Shown here piece after piece: positions 51,329-60,729 of a DNA stretch of 64,000 nt. This stretch comes from Gammaproteobacteria bacterium (GTDB lineage: Bacteria > Pseudomonadota > Gammaproteobacteria > Steroidobacterales > PWYM01). A model generated the notes under the pieces. It was given only the letters and a program-made list of their open reading frames with translations. It did no database searches and was not told the DNA's origin. The stretch spans positions 14,536 through 78,535 of the forward strand of contig RECU01000045.1 in NCBI GenBank assembly GCA_007693855.1, written 5' to 3'. Each line of letters opens with the position of its first letter. Positions within the stretch are counted from its first letter, which is position 1. The position numbers and the translations under genes were made by a program.

Positions 51329-51943
51329 TCAGCCCAGTCGGGCTCGCCCGATGTTCGTCAGGAACTCGGCGCGCGTACGGGCATCGCTTCGGAAGGTGCC
51401 AAGCATCTGGCTGGTGACCATGGAGACACCGGTTTTATGTACCCCGCGGGTCGTCATGCACTGGTGCGACGCCTCGATGACCACGCCGACGCCTTTAGGC
51501 TTGAGGACGTCCTGGATGCAGTTGGCAATCTGCGCGGTCAGTTTCTCCTGCACCTGGAAACGCCGCGCGAAAGTCTCGACCACACGGGCGAGTTTGCTGA
51601 TCCCGACCACTTTGGTGGTCGGGAGATATCCCACATGGGCATGACCGATGATCGGGGCCATATGATGCTCGCAGTGCGACTCGAAACTGATGTCACGCAG
51701 GACGATCATTTCGTCGTAGCCCTCGACTTCCTCGAAGGTCCGCGCCAGAAACTCTATGGGATCCTGGTCGTAACCCCCAAACCAGTCCCGGTAGGCCTTG
51801 ACGACTCGCTTCGGCGTGTCGAGCAGGCCTTCGCGCGCCGGGTCATCGCCGGCCCAGCGCAGCAGTGTCCTTACGGCCTCGCGGGCTTCTTCTTCCGACG
51901 GTCGGCCGTCTGCCGCCTGGTGGTCCTGTGTCGAATTGCTCAC
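51329..51943 (-). CDS. folE: GTP cyclohydrolase I (type IA, zinc-dependent)
   Basis: [10 protein letters not shown] and [10 protein letters not shown] zinc-ligand motifs. The GTG start at 51943 with an AAGGGAG Shine-Dalgarno is preferred; the alternative is the ATG at 52009. Confidence 0.9.
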   Translation of the reverse strand: MSNSTQDHQAADGRPSEEEAREAVRTLLRWAGDDPAREGLLDTPKRVVKAYRDWFGGYDQDPIEFLARTFEEVEGYDEMIVLRDISFESHCEHHMAPIIGHAHVGYLPTTKVVGISKLARVVETFARRFQVQEKLTAQIANCIQDVLKPKGVGVVIEASHQCMTTRGVHKTGVSMVTSQMLGTFRSDARTRAEFLTNIGRARLG

Positions 51944-52139
51944 GCGCCTTGTGCTCCCTTGGCTCACTACTGGTCCGTTGCCATGTCCCTGGCAACGACC
52001 ACTGCACACTGCCAGCGCCCGCCGGCATCGTCAACGCAGCCTGATGGTATTGTTGCCGCGATTTCATCCGTACGGGCCGTTTCAGCGTATGGATTCACGG
52101 TGGGCATTAACGCCAGCAGATTGCCGGGGAGGCAGCACA

Positions 52140-53177
52140 TTGAGTATTCTGATTGACTGGGCCGAGCGCGGCAGGATTCCAGACCGGTTGCTACGCTTTG
52201 GCATGCGGCGCCTGATGGGCGCACGTCTCAGGGCCGAGCGTGGCGACGGCGGCGAGGGACAGTTCGCCCGCTACCAGCAGCGTCTTGCCGGCCTGCGCGA
52301 AGGCCCGCTGGCGCTGCATACCGACGCCGCCAACGTACAGCACTATGAGGTGCCATCTACGTTTTTCGAGCACGTGCTCGGGCGCTACCTCAAATACAGC
52401 TGCGCGCTCTGGCCCGCAGGCACCGAGTCTCTGGACCAGGCCGAGGCGGCCATGCTCCAGCTGACCTGCGAGCGGGCCGGACTTGCCGATGGGCAGCGGA
52501 TTCTTGAGCTTGGGTGTGGTTGGGGCTCGCTGTCACTGTGGATGGCCGAACACTACCCGGGAAGCCGGATCACCGCAGTCTCCAACTCAGCCAGCCAGCG
52601 GGAGTTCATCGAGGCGCGGGCCCGGGCCGCCGGTCTGGATAATCTGGAGATCGTCACCGCCGACATGAACGATTTCTCTACCGAGACGCAGTTCGATCGT
52701 GTGGTCTCGGTGGAAATGTTCGAGCACATGCGCAACTACCGAGAACTGCTGCATCGCGTCAGCAGCTGGCTGGCGCCCGAGGGGCGCTTGTTCGTGCACG
52801 TGTTCTGCCATCGCGAGCTGTTGTATCCGTTTGAGACCGAGGGCAGTTACGACTGGATGGCGGAGCATTTTTTCACCGGTGGGCTTATGCCTGCTGAACA
52901 GATGTTCGCCTGGTTTCAGGACGACCTGGTGCTTGAGATGCAGTGGCGGGTGGATGGCCGTCATTACGAGCGGACGTCAAATGCCTGGCTGGCGCGCCTG
53001 GATGCAGCCGATGAGGAAATCATGAAGATATTTTCGGCGGTCTACGGTGCCGCTGAGGCGCGTCGCTGGGTGCAGCGCTGGCGCATGTTCTTCATGGCGG
53101 TGGCCGAGCTGTTTGGTTATGACCGGGGTCGGCAATGGTTTGTCACGCACGCCCTGTTTTCAAGGCGCGACGACTGA
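52140..53177 (+). CDS. Cyclopropane-fatty-acyl-phospholipid synthase family SAM-dependent methyltransferase
   Basis: GGGGAGG Shine-Dalgarno plus TTG at 52140 (alternative ATG at 52089). HYEVPSTFFEHVLG, ILELGCGWGSL, VSVEMFEHM. Confidence 0.85.
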   Translation: MSILIDWAERGRIPDRLLRFGMRRLMGARLRAERGDGGEGQFARYQQRLAGLREGPLALHTDAANVQHYEVPSTFFEHVLGRYLKYSCALWPAGTESLDQAEAAMLQLTCERAGLADGQRILELGCGWGSLSLWMAEHYPGSRITAVSNSASQREFIEARARAAGLDNLEIVTADMNDFSTETQFDRVVSVEMFEHMRNYRELLHRVSSWLAPEGRLFVHVFCHRELLYPFETEGSYDWMAEHFFTGGLMPAEQMFAWFQDDLVLEMQWRVDGRHYERTSNAWLARLDAADEEIMKIFSAVYGAAEARRWVQRWRMFFMAVAELFGYDRGRQWFVTHALFSRRDD

Positions 53178-53180
53178 AAC

Positions 53181-53217
53181 AAAAAAAGGCCGGCAGAACC
53201 GCCGGCCTTTTCATTTT
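53181..53217. terminator. Bidirectional rho-independent terminator between the cfa-like and HiPIP genes
   Basis: A7-GGCCGGC-AGAACC-GCCGGCC-TTTTCATTTT. Confidence 0.8.
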
Positions 53218-53254
53218 CGCAGCCGCGACCCTGCGGTCGCGACGGGGCCCCGCC

Positions 53255-53593
53255 TCAGCCCTTGGCCACCCAAGCGCTGCACCAGCCTTCGTTCGCGACC
53301 AGCTTGCCCGGGAAAATCGAGCACGGACGCCAGTCATCTTCTTCGGGACCGGAGATCAGCCGGCAGTTGCTGCACAACTGGCCTTCTTCATAGCGGGGGA
53401 ACCGCGAAGTGTCGACATCGGCGACGTCATGCACGTATCCGAGTGCGACGGCAGCAGGGTCGTCCAGCTCCAGGCGTGGCATCCCATCCGGGACTGCCGC
53501 TGCGGCCGGGGCGCTGCGCAGTGCAGCACCGCCTGCCGGGAAGGCGGCTGCACCAATGGCTGCGACTTTGAGGAATTCACGACGTGTCTTCAT
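53255..53593 (-). CDS. High-potential iron-sulfur protein (HiPIP), Tat-exported
   Basis: GGAG Shine-Dalgarno. Twin-arginine signal TRREFLK. Cys pattern CSNC...C...GWCSAW, diagnostic for HiPIP. Confidence 0.9.
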   Translation of the reverse strand: MKTRREFLKVAAIGAAAFPAGGAALRSAPAAAAVPDGMPRLELDDPAAVALGYVHDVADVDTSRFPRYEEGQLCSNCRLISGPEEDDWRPCSIFPGKLVANEGWCSAWVAKG

Positions 53594-53743
53594 GTTGCAA
53601 GCTCCGTTTCGTTGTTCGCCTGTGACACAGGCAAATCTGGCCTCCACCAGTTCGGCTAGTATAGCCGCATGGATGTCTTCCCTAAAGCGCCTGGTTCACC
53701 CTGCGGACGAGACTCATTCCGCAGCTGAATGTTCAGCGGCGGT

Positions 53744-54352
53744 TCAGCCTGAGCGGGCTGGGCTCCAGTAGGCATGCAGTGCCACGGTGGACTGGCTGAT
53801 CAGTTCCAGACCCTCGTCACTCCAGAATACTTCAGTCGGTCCCGTGACTTCGGACTCGAATTCATTCCGTTCGACGGCATGCGCGAGTATTGGCAGCACC
53901 AGCAGTGCATCTTCACGCGAATCAAACAGCCCCTGCCAGGAATCGCGGTCGACCAGCGTCCCCCTGACGAAGCCCTCGCACCAGAACTCAGGCAGCACGA
54001 TCTCCTCGCCGTCCTCCTCGGCCGCCGCATGGATCGGACTGAATTCCGCCGGGCGTTCGGCCAGTTCGAGCGCGATCGAATTCATCAGGCGAAACAGCAG
54101 GTGCGTGATCCGGCCGGCTTCTTCTTCCGAGACGAACAGCGCCACCTCGGGCTCGAGGTCACCCCAGATCCGTCCCAGCCAGTGTTCCGGCGGTGTTTGC
54201 GAAGGCCCGACGACGATCGCGGTGAGAAAGCCATGCAGCGTGGCCAGTGACATGGTGTCCTCGGGCAGCGACTCGCGGTTGAGGTAGTCCTCCAGCTCAT
54301 CGAGCTCCTGCTCGTCCAGCGGCCGGGTGACATCGGGCGGGTGGCTGCTCAT
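53744..54352 (-). CDS. UPF0149 (YecA-like) family protein
   Basis: MSLATLHGFLTAIVVGP and FWCEGFVRG are typical UPF0149 motifs. The track ORF (445 aa) is trimmed to the ATG at 54352. Confidence 0.75.
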   Translation of the reverse strand: MSSHPPDVTRPLDEQELDELEDYLNRESLPEDTMSLATLHGFLTAIVVGPSQTPPEHWLGRIWGDLEPEVALFVSEEEAGRITHLLFRLMNSIALELAERPAEFSPIHAAAEEDGEEIVLPEFWCEGFVRGTLVDRDSWQGLFDSREDALLVLPILAHAVERNEFESEVTGPTEVFWSDEGLELISQSTVALHAYWSPARSG

Positions 54353-54535
54353 GACTGTGTTCCAGGGTTCAGGTTCTGGCGCGACGTTACCATGCGCGCA
54401 TGTGGCTGTCGCCCGCGGGAAACCGAAGGCCATGGATACGCTGTGCTCGCGATCCGACTGGCATACAATCGACGGCATGGCCTGGTGCTGGGGAGATGGG
54501 CGTTGACTTCGAGCGCTGCCGACGCGCAGCCTGAC

Positions 54536-55333
54536 ATGACCGATGGCGGTTCCGGACCGTGGTGGCTGCCGCGGACAGTGCCCGTGGGGCAGACGCTGGT
54601 GTGCCGGCTCGGCACGCTGCTGCTCGATCTCCATCATCGCGCGGGCGAGTGGCAGCTCGTCACCGAACAGCTCGAGGAACGCGCGGCCGACGCCCGGCCG
54701 CAGTTTGCCCTGCAGACCTGTGTGCCGGAAGCGGGCGCTGGCGAACGCTTCATCGTCGACGTTGGCGAGCGAGTGGAGCTTGTGCCGTTGCTGGCCGACC
54801 GCCCGGTCGTGATTCGTCCACGAACACCGTTGTTTCTGCTGCCTGGCGCAGAGACGACGATGTATCTCTCGACGCCGCTCTACCTGCGTATACAGGTTGG
54901 TGAAAAAGCGCCCGTGGTGCTGCGTGAGCTCCCGATGCTGCGCCTGTCCGATACCTGGTTCGGGCCGTCCACGCGGGAAGGCGAGCTCTGTTATGCCGGC
55001 AAGACGCACGCACGCCACACGCTCGACGAACTGCCGCGCCGGGTTCACCGGGCGATCACCGCCGTGCGCATAGCCAACCATGCGCCAAGCACCCTGCCAC
55101 TGGAGCGCCTCAGTCTGCCCGTGCCGCTCTTGTCCGTCTTCGGTGGCGTCGATGGCCGACTTTGGACGCAGGGCGTGTCCCTGCAGCGCGGGAGCGATTC
55201 CGACCTCGCGGCACTCAAGATCGACGAGAAACCGCCTGGCGATGCTGGGTCAGTGACCCGTCTCGCAGGGCCCCGTCAGCTGCCCGCGCGTGGTGGTGTC
55301 GTGCGGGCGTTCAGCCTGCTGTTCCGGGAGTAG
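54536..55333 (+). CDS. Hypothetical protein upstream of the MscS-family channel (start uncertain: TTG at 54503 with GGGAG Shine-Dalgarno, or ATG at 54536)
   Basis: Coding-like ORF ending 3 nt before the mscS-like ATG. No family I recognise. Confidence 0.55.
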   Translation: MTDGGSGPWWLPRTVPVGQTLVCRLGTLLLDLHHRAGEWQLVTEQLEERAADARPQFALQTCVPEAGAGERFIVDVGERVELVPLLADRPVVIRPRTPLFLLPGAETTMYLSTPLYLRIQVGEKAPVVLRELPMLRLSDTWFGPSTREGELCYAGKTHARHTLDELPRRVHRAITAVRIANHAPSTLPLERLSLPVPLLSVFGGVDGRLWTQGVSLQRGSDSDLAALKIDEKPPGDAGSVTRLAGPRQLPARGGVVRAFSLLFRE

Positions 55334-55336
55334 TCG

Positions 55337-56254
55337 ATGGAAGCGTGGTTGACGGAACTGCTGACCAGTGATCGCCTGGCGGCCTGGCTGCGAGCGGGCG
55401 TGTTGCTGTTGCTGGGGCTGCTGCTCGCCGGTATCGCCTCGCGGCTGACCCGCAGAGCTGCCGGGAAACATCTGTCTGCGACCCGGCTGCTGTTGCTGAG
55501 GCGTCTGGCGTTCTACCTGGTCCTCGCGCTGTTCGTGGCCTCGGCGCTGCGGGAACTCGGGTTCAGCCTTGCGGTGCTGATGGGGGCTGCCGGGGTGGTG
55601 ACCGTCGCCTTGAGTTTTGCCTCGCAGACGGCAGTCTCCAACCTGATCAGTGGCCTGTTTCTGATTGGCGAGCGGGCCTTCTCGGTCGGTGACGTGATCA
55701 AGGTCGGCGGTACGACCGGCGAGGTGCTGTCAGTCGATCTGCTGTCGGTGAAGTTGCGCACCTTCGACAACCTCTATGTCCGTATTCCAAATGAGGCCCT
55801 GATCAAGGGCGAGGTGACTACCCTGACGCGGTTCCCGATCAGGCGTCTGGACATGCTGTTGGGGGTGGCCTACAAGGAGGATATCAACCGGGTGCGCGAC
55901 GTGCTGATGGAGGTCGCAGATCGCAATCTTCTGTGTCTCGATGAACCCGCGCCGCTGTTCATTTTCACCGGGTTCGGCGACTCTGCACTGCAGATACAAT
56001 TCTCGGTGTGGGCGCGTCGGGAGAACTTTCTGGCCCTGCGCAACAGCATGGCGGCCGACATCAAGCTGGCGTTCGATGCGGCGCATATCGAGATTCCCTT
56101 CCCGCATCGTTCGCTGTACACCGGTGAGGCCACGCGGCCGTTTCCGGTGATGCTGGTCGATGGCGCATCGCCGGTCGTCGATCCGTCCGGAACGCCCCCG
56201 GCCGCGTCCACCGCGCCGCAAAGTGCTCAGTCGTCCGACGAAGGCATGCGATAG
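55337..56254 (+). CDS. Mechanosensitive ion channel (MscS) family protein
   Basis: 3 TM helices followed by VGDVIKVGGTTGEVLSVDLLSVKLRTFDN (MscS beta domain). Confidence 0.9.
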   Translation: MEAWLTELLTSDRLAAWLRAGVLLLLGLLLAGIASRLTRRAAGKHLSATRLLLLRRLAFYLVLALFVASALRELGFSLAVLMGAAGVVTVALSFASQTAVSNLISGLFLIGERAFSVGDVIKVGGTTGEVLSVDLLSVKLRTFDNLYVRIPNEALIKGEVTTLTRFPIRRLDMLLGVAYKEDINRVRDVLMEVADRNLLCLDEPAPLFIFTGFGDSALQIQFSVWARRENFLALRNSMAADIKLAFDAAHIEIPFPHRSLYTGEATRPFPVMLVDGASPVVDPSGTPPAASTAPQSAQSSDEGMR

Positions 56255-56832
56255 GCGATCTCCTCCGGGAGACGATAGCTCCAGGGCAAGCCGCTGTTGC
56301 GCCAGCCGTCGACTGCGCGTACGCCGGCTGAGTCGCCCTCGCGCAGGCGCTCGCCCTCGAAGCCGTCGACCACGGAATAGACCCGCGTATAGCCAAGTTC
56401 GGCCAGGCGGTCAGCAGCGGGTGCGCTGCGGGTGGCGCCACTGCGGCAGATCACGATGATCGGGGCGTCGGCCGCAACCTCCAGTGCCTCGAGCCGGGTC
56501 GTGATCTCGTCGTCAAAACGCGGGTTCCGGACCAGTTCGTAATGACCCCGTTCCGACGAAAATCGTTGCGGGTCAGCGAACACCCATGGGACATGCACGC
56601 GGGTGGGCTCAGCGAAGCCTGTGAACATGGCCTCGACCGGGTCGCGGACATCGACCAGCACGGCGTCGGCCTCGTTCTGCAGCAGTGCCCAGGCCTGGCG
56701 GGCGGTCACATACAGACCCAGCTCGGTGCGGGCAGATGCGGACTCGGGTGCCTGAGTCTGTGCCGCCGCGCTGCCGGTGGCGACCAGCGCGAGCAGCAAC
56801 CCCAGCAGTACGGGGAGTGGTTTCATGGGCAT
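56227..56832 (-). CDS. Periplasmic rhodanese-domain sulfurtransferase
   Basis: AAGGAGG Shine-Dalgarno. Signal peptide ...GSAAAQ. Active-site loop ICRSGATRS. Overlaps the mscS 3' end by 28 nt. Confidence 0.85.
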   Translation of the reverse strand: MPMKPLPVLLGLLLALVATGSAAAQTQAPESASARTELGLYVTARQAWALLQNEADAVLVDVRDPVEAMFTGFAEPTRVHVPWVFADPQRFSSERGHYELVRNPRFDDEITTRLEALEVAADAPIIVICRSGATRSAPAADRLAELGYTRVYSVVDGFEGERLREGDSAGVRAVDGWRNSGLPWSYRLPEEIAYRMPSSDD

Positions 56833-56868
56833 GGGAGCCTCCTTGCAAGCGGCTTGCGGGAACGTCAT

Positions 56869-57654
56869 TCAGCCGCGGTCCCCGCTGATTTGGTCCACGA
56901 TGGCGCGTAATCGTTCAATGCCTTCCAGTAGCCGGGGGCCCGGCCGGCCCAACCACGCTTCGCTGACCGCGTGGATCCGGTTGTGCCGGATGGCTGGCAC
57001 CTCCGCCCAGCCACGGCGCCGGCGCACGACATGCGCGCGGTATTTGTCTTCGCTGACACCGCACCAGCTCATCACCACCGCCTCCGGCGCGGCCCGGCGC
57101 ACGGCGTCTAGCTCCACCGGCAGGCTCTCGGCCTCTTCTGTTTCCCAAGGATTGTAGCCGCCGGCAAGCCGCAACATCTCGTTCACCCATGAGCGCTGAC
57201 CAGGAACGATCACCGGTTTCGGCCACCATTCGACCAGCACCGGCACCCCGTCGCGTACGTCGGTAGCGCCTGCCAGTGCGGCGTCGAACTGGCAGGCCAG
57301 TGCCTCGGCCTTGCGCGTGGCGTGCAGCGCGGCGCCGATTCGCCGGATATCTTCGGCAACGTCCGCGAGCGACGTGGGTTGAGTGACCAGATAGGGGAGG
57401 CCTGCAGCCGCGATCCTTTCCACGCATCGCTCATGCCCGGGCACGGTCAGTGAGGTGATCACCAGGTCCGGTTCAAGCGCGCGGATACGCTCGATGTCAA
57501 CATCCAGATCCGCGCCGACGCGCGGCAACCGCGACACCACTGACTCCGGGAAATCGGAATGATCATCGACGCCGACAAGCCAGTCACTGCGGCCAAGCGC
57601 GCAGACGATCTCGGTGTTGGAGCAGGTGTGAGCCACGATGCGCATGATTTGCAT
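56869..57654 (-). CDS. BtuF/cobalamin-binding-like periplasmic-binding-protein fold (type 8), no signal peptide
   Basis: RIVAHTCSNTEIVCALG...VGVDDHSDFP...LEPDLVIT pattern of the ABC substrate-binding protein family 8. GGAGG Shine-Dalgarno 11 nt upstream. No N-terminal signal sequence. Confidence 0.6.
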   Translation of the reverse strand: MQIMRIVAHTCSNTEIVCALGRSDWLVGVDDHSDFPESVVSRLPRVGADLDVDIERIRALEPDLVITSLTVPGHERCVERIAAAGLPYLVTQPTSLADVAEDIRRIGAALHATRKAEALACQFDAALAGATDVRDGVPVLVEWWPKPVIVPGQRSWVNEMLRLAGGYNPWETEEAESLPVELDAVRRAAPEAVVMSWCGVSEDKYRAHVVRRRRGWAEVPAIRHNRIHAVSEAWLGRPGPRLLEGIERLRAIVDQISGDRG

Positions 57655-57783
57655 GATGCCACAGGCCTCCCGGCGTGCGCAGGCGAGCGATACCTTGAGG
57701 GTTCCTCGGCGGGGGTTTGAAATGGATGTCCACCTCTGGTTCCCTTGTGCAGACGGACACCGCAACAGGCTGAGGGATGGTCA

Positions 57784-60729
57784 ATGGAGTCGCAGGCCAT
57801 ACACGGTTTCGAGGCAGCCCTGTTCGACATGGACGGAGTGATCACGCGAACCTCCGCGCTGCACGCTCAGGCCTGGCAGAGCGCGTTCGATCGCATGCTG
57901 GCCGACTGTCGCCGCATCGACGGCTCGCCGGTGCCAGGCTTTGATCCCGTAGACGACTATCTCAAGTGGGTCGACGGGCGGCCTCGTGAAGAGGGCGTGC
58001 GCAGTTATCTGCAGGCTGTTGGCATCTGTCTTCCGGATGGACGCCGAGCTGCAGACGAGCCCGATTTCGTGGCACGGATCGCCGAGCACAAAAAAACCGT
58101 GTTCGCCCGACTCGTGGCTAAGCGTGGCGTCGAGCTGTACAGCTCGACGATTGTGTTGTTGCGCGGCCTGCGGCAACTCGGCGTGCGTACCGGTGTGGTC
58201 ACCGCGAGTCGACACGGCCGAGAGCTGCTGCGCACTGCCGGTATCTCGGCGCTGTTCGATGCGCGCGTGGATGGTCTCGACGCCTCACGCGGACGTCTTG
58301 CCGGCAAGCCGTCGCCTGAGACCTTCCTGCGCTGCGCCGAGCTGCTGGAGGTCCGTCCATCACGTAGCGTCGTCTTTGAAGATGCCGCCGCCGGCGTACG
58401 CGCCGCCCGTGATGGTGGCTTCGGTCTGGTGGTCGGCGTTGACCGTGGCGGCAATGCCCAGGCGTTGGCTCGTGCGGGTGCCGACCTGGTGGTGGCCGAT
58501 CTCGACGAGGTCGATATCGAGCGGCTCTCGGCCGCGCTGGCGCAGCGCCGGGCGGGTGTAATGGCCTGGCGCATCGAGCAGGAAGGCTTTGATCCGGCTC
58601 GTGAACATGCGATGGAAAGTCTGTTTACAATGGCCAACGGCTATCTTGGTCTGCGTGGCGCACTGGATACGCCCATGCCGGGATCTGGTGACGACCTGTT
58701 CGTGGCCGGCATCTACGACCGCAAACATCCGGACCGCCCATATTCCGAGCTCGAATTCATGGACGTCGGTCGGGAAGATCCGTACGCTGAACTGGTGTCG
58801 CTGCCCAGTCCGCTTGTCATGGCGCTCGCTGCCGATGGGGTGCCGCTGAGCGTCTTCGGTGATCACTGCCAGGTGCACCGGCGCCTGCTCGGCCTCCAGG
58901 AGGGAGTGCTCGAGGCCACTCTGGTTTTCGCGTTTCCGGAGGAGGGGCATTTGCGTCTGACGACCCGGCGCGCCGCCTCGCTCGATGAGTGTCACCTGCT
59001 GGTGCAGGAGCTCTGTGTGGAGGTGCAGAAGTCGGCGACCACACTGGAACTGGATGCCCGTGGGATCGACCCTGAACTCGCCTCGAGGCACCCGCATCTG
59101 GTGCCGCTGGAGCTCAGTCAGCCTGCACCCACGATCGGGCTGCAGCGTTTCCAGACCCGGGTCTCCGGGTTCGAAATCGTTCTGGTGTCGCAACTGTTTG
59201 ATGAACACGGCCCCCAATCGCTGCGTGTGCGCCGGCCGTGTCGCTCAGGAGACACGCTTCGCCTGTGGCGTTGTGTCAGCGTGTTCACGAGTCGCGACGG
59301 ACCTGCCCCCCGCGAGCAGGCGCTGGCCCACGCTGAGGCCCTGTCTCACGCCGATCCCTCGGCGCTGCTGCGGGCGCATTCGGCGCGCTGGCACGCCTGG
59401 TGGAAGCACACTGATGTGGGCATCCAGGGGAGCCCGGCGACGGAGCAGGCGCTGCGGTTCAACGCCTATCACCTGCGGGCGACCGCTGACCATGATCCGC
59501 GCGTGTCGATCGGCGCGCGAGCACTCAGCGGACGGGCCTACGAGGGACATGTCTTCTGGGACGTGGAAGTTTTCATGCTGCCCTTCTATCTGCATACGGC
59601 GCCGGAAATCGCCCGCGCCCTGTTGGGCTACCGATACCACACCCTGGCCGGCGCGCGGCGCAATGCTCGCGAACTGGGTGCGGCGGGTGCCTGCTATGCC
59701 TGGGAGTCGACAGTGACCGGCGATGACGTGACGCCGCGAAAGCTGTTATTGAAGACCACCGGTCGGGAGATTCCGATTTTTACGGGGACCCAGCAATTGC
59801 ACGTCACGGCCGGCGTGGCCTTGGGCGTCTGGCGGTACTGGGAGGCGACCCATGATACGGCCTTCATGCGCACGCAGGGCTGCGAGATCCTGTTCGAAAC
59901 GGCGCGCTTCTGGCTGAGTCGCTGTGTCCTCGATGGCGCGCGCCGCCATCTCCGTGGCGTCGTCGGCCCGGATGAGTACCACCACGACGTCGACGACAAC
60001 GCTTATACGAACTGGCTGGCGCGGTTCAACCTCGAACGGGCAGCATGGGCTGCGGACTGGCTCGCGGATGAAAGCCCGGACGCTTTGGCAGCCCTGTCCG
60101 AGCGGCTCGATCTGGACAGTCATGCGTCGGCTGCCTGGGCGCAGGCAGCCGCAGAGCTGTTCTGCCCCCAGCCTGGCCGGGACGGGGTGATCGAGCAGTT
60201 CGCGGGGTTCCGGGCGCTGCCCCGCCACGAGATGCAGCAGGGCGAACGCTACCGAGCGCCAATCGACCGTCTGTTCGACTGGCAGCGAATCAATCGCCTT
60301 CAGCTGCTCAAGCAGGCCGACGTGCTGATGCTGCTGCACTTGTTCCCGGATCGGTTCTCCGACGAAGTCGTGGCCGCGAACTATCATTTCTACGAACCGC
60401 GGACCGACCACGGGAGCAGCCTGTCGCCGCCGATACATGCCGCGATCGCCGCACGGATAGGCGAACACGAGGCGGCTTGGCGATACTGGCAGCAGGCCTT
60501 GTGGTTTGATCTGGACAACCTGATGGGTAACGGTGCGCTCGGTGTCCACCCTGCCTGTATGGGGGCGGTCTGGCAGGCGCTGGTATTCGGCTTCCTGGGT
60601 GTACGTTTCGAGTCTGAGGGGCCACGGATGCATGAGGATGCACGTCATCGTCTGCCCCCCCATTGGCGGGGCGTGCGCCTGCCGCTGCTCTGGCGCGGCC
60701 AACGACACCTGCTGGAGTTATCGCGATGA
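57784..60729 (+). CDS. Fusion protein: beta-phosphoglucomutase-type HAD hydrolase + glycoside hydrolase family 65 disaccharide phosphorylase
   Basis: GAGGGA Shine-Dalgarno. HAD motif I FDMDGVITRT and motif IV FEDAAAGV. These are followed by GH65 segments FTMANGYLGLRG, GHVFWDVEVFMLPFY, YHHDVDDNAYTN. 981 aa. Confidence 0.88.
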   Translation: MESQAIHGFEAALFDMDGVITRTSALHAQAWQSAFDRMLADCRRIDGSPVPGFDPVDDYLKWVDGRPREEGVRSYLQAVGICLPDGRRAADEPDFVARIAEHKKTVFARLVAKRGVELYSSTIVLLRGLRQLGVRTGVVTASRHGRELLRTAGISALFDARVDGLDASRGRLAGKPSPETFLRCAELLEVRPSRSVVFEDAAAGVRAARDGGFGLVVGVDRGGNAQALARAGADLVVADLDEVDIERLSAALAQRRAGVMAWRIEQEGFDPAREHAMESLFTMANGYLGLRGALDTPMPGSGDDLFVAGIYDRKHPDRPYSELEFMDVGREDPYAELVSLPSPLVMALAADGVPLSVFGDHCQVHRRLLGLQEGVLEATLVFAFPEEGHLRLTTRRAASLDECHLLVQELCVEVQKSATTLELDARGIDPELASRHPHLVPLELSQPAPTIGLQRFQTRVSGFEIVLVSQLFDEHGPQSLRVRRPCRSGDTLRLWRCVSVFTSRDGPAPREQALAHAEALSHADPSALLRAHSARWHAWWKHTDVGIQGSPATEQALRFNAYHLRATADHDPRVSIGARALSGRAYEGHVFWDVEVFMLPFYLHTAPEIARALLGYRYHTLAGARRNARELGAAGACYAWESTVTGDDVTPRKLLLKTTGREIPIFTGTQQLHVTAGVALGVWRYWEATHDTAFMRTQGCEILFETARFWLSRCVLDGARRHLRGVVGPDEYHHDVDDNAYTNWLARFNLERAAWAADWLADESPDALAALSERLDLDSHASAAWAQAAAELFCPQPGRDGVIEQFAGFRALPRHEMQQGERYRAPIDRLFDWQRINRLQLLKQADVLMLLHLFPDRFSDEVVAANYHFYEPRTDHGSSLSPPIHAAIAARIGEHEAAWRYWQQALWFDLDNLMGNGALGVHPACMGAVWQALVFGFLGVRFESEGPRMHEDARHRLPPHWRGVRLPLLWRGQRHLLELSR

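Noticed and set aside
51990-52006. Sigma-54-like TGGCAA...CTGCA upstream of the cfa-like gene.
   Set aside because: GG-to-GC spacing is 11 rather than the obligatory 10, the -12 element is poor, and it lies about 135 nt from the start codon. It is part of the inverted repeat noted under the folE finding.
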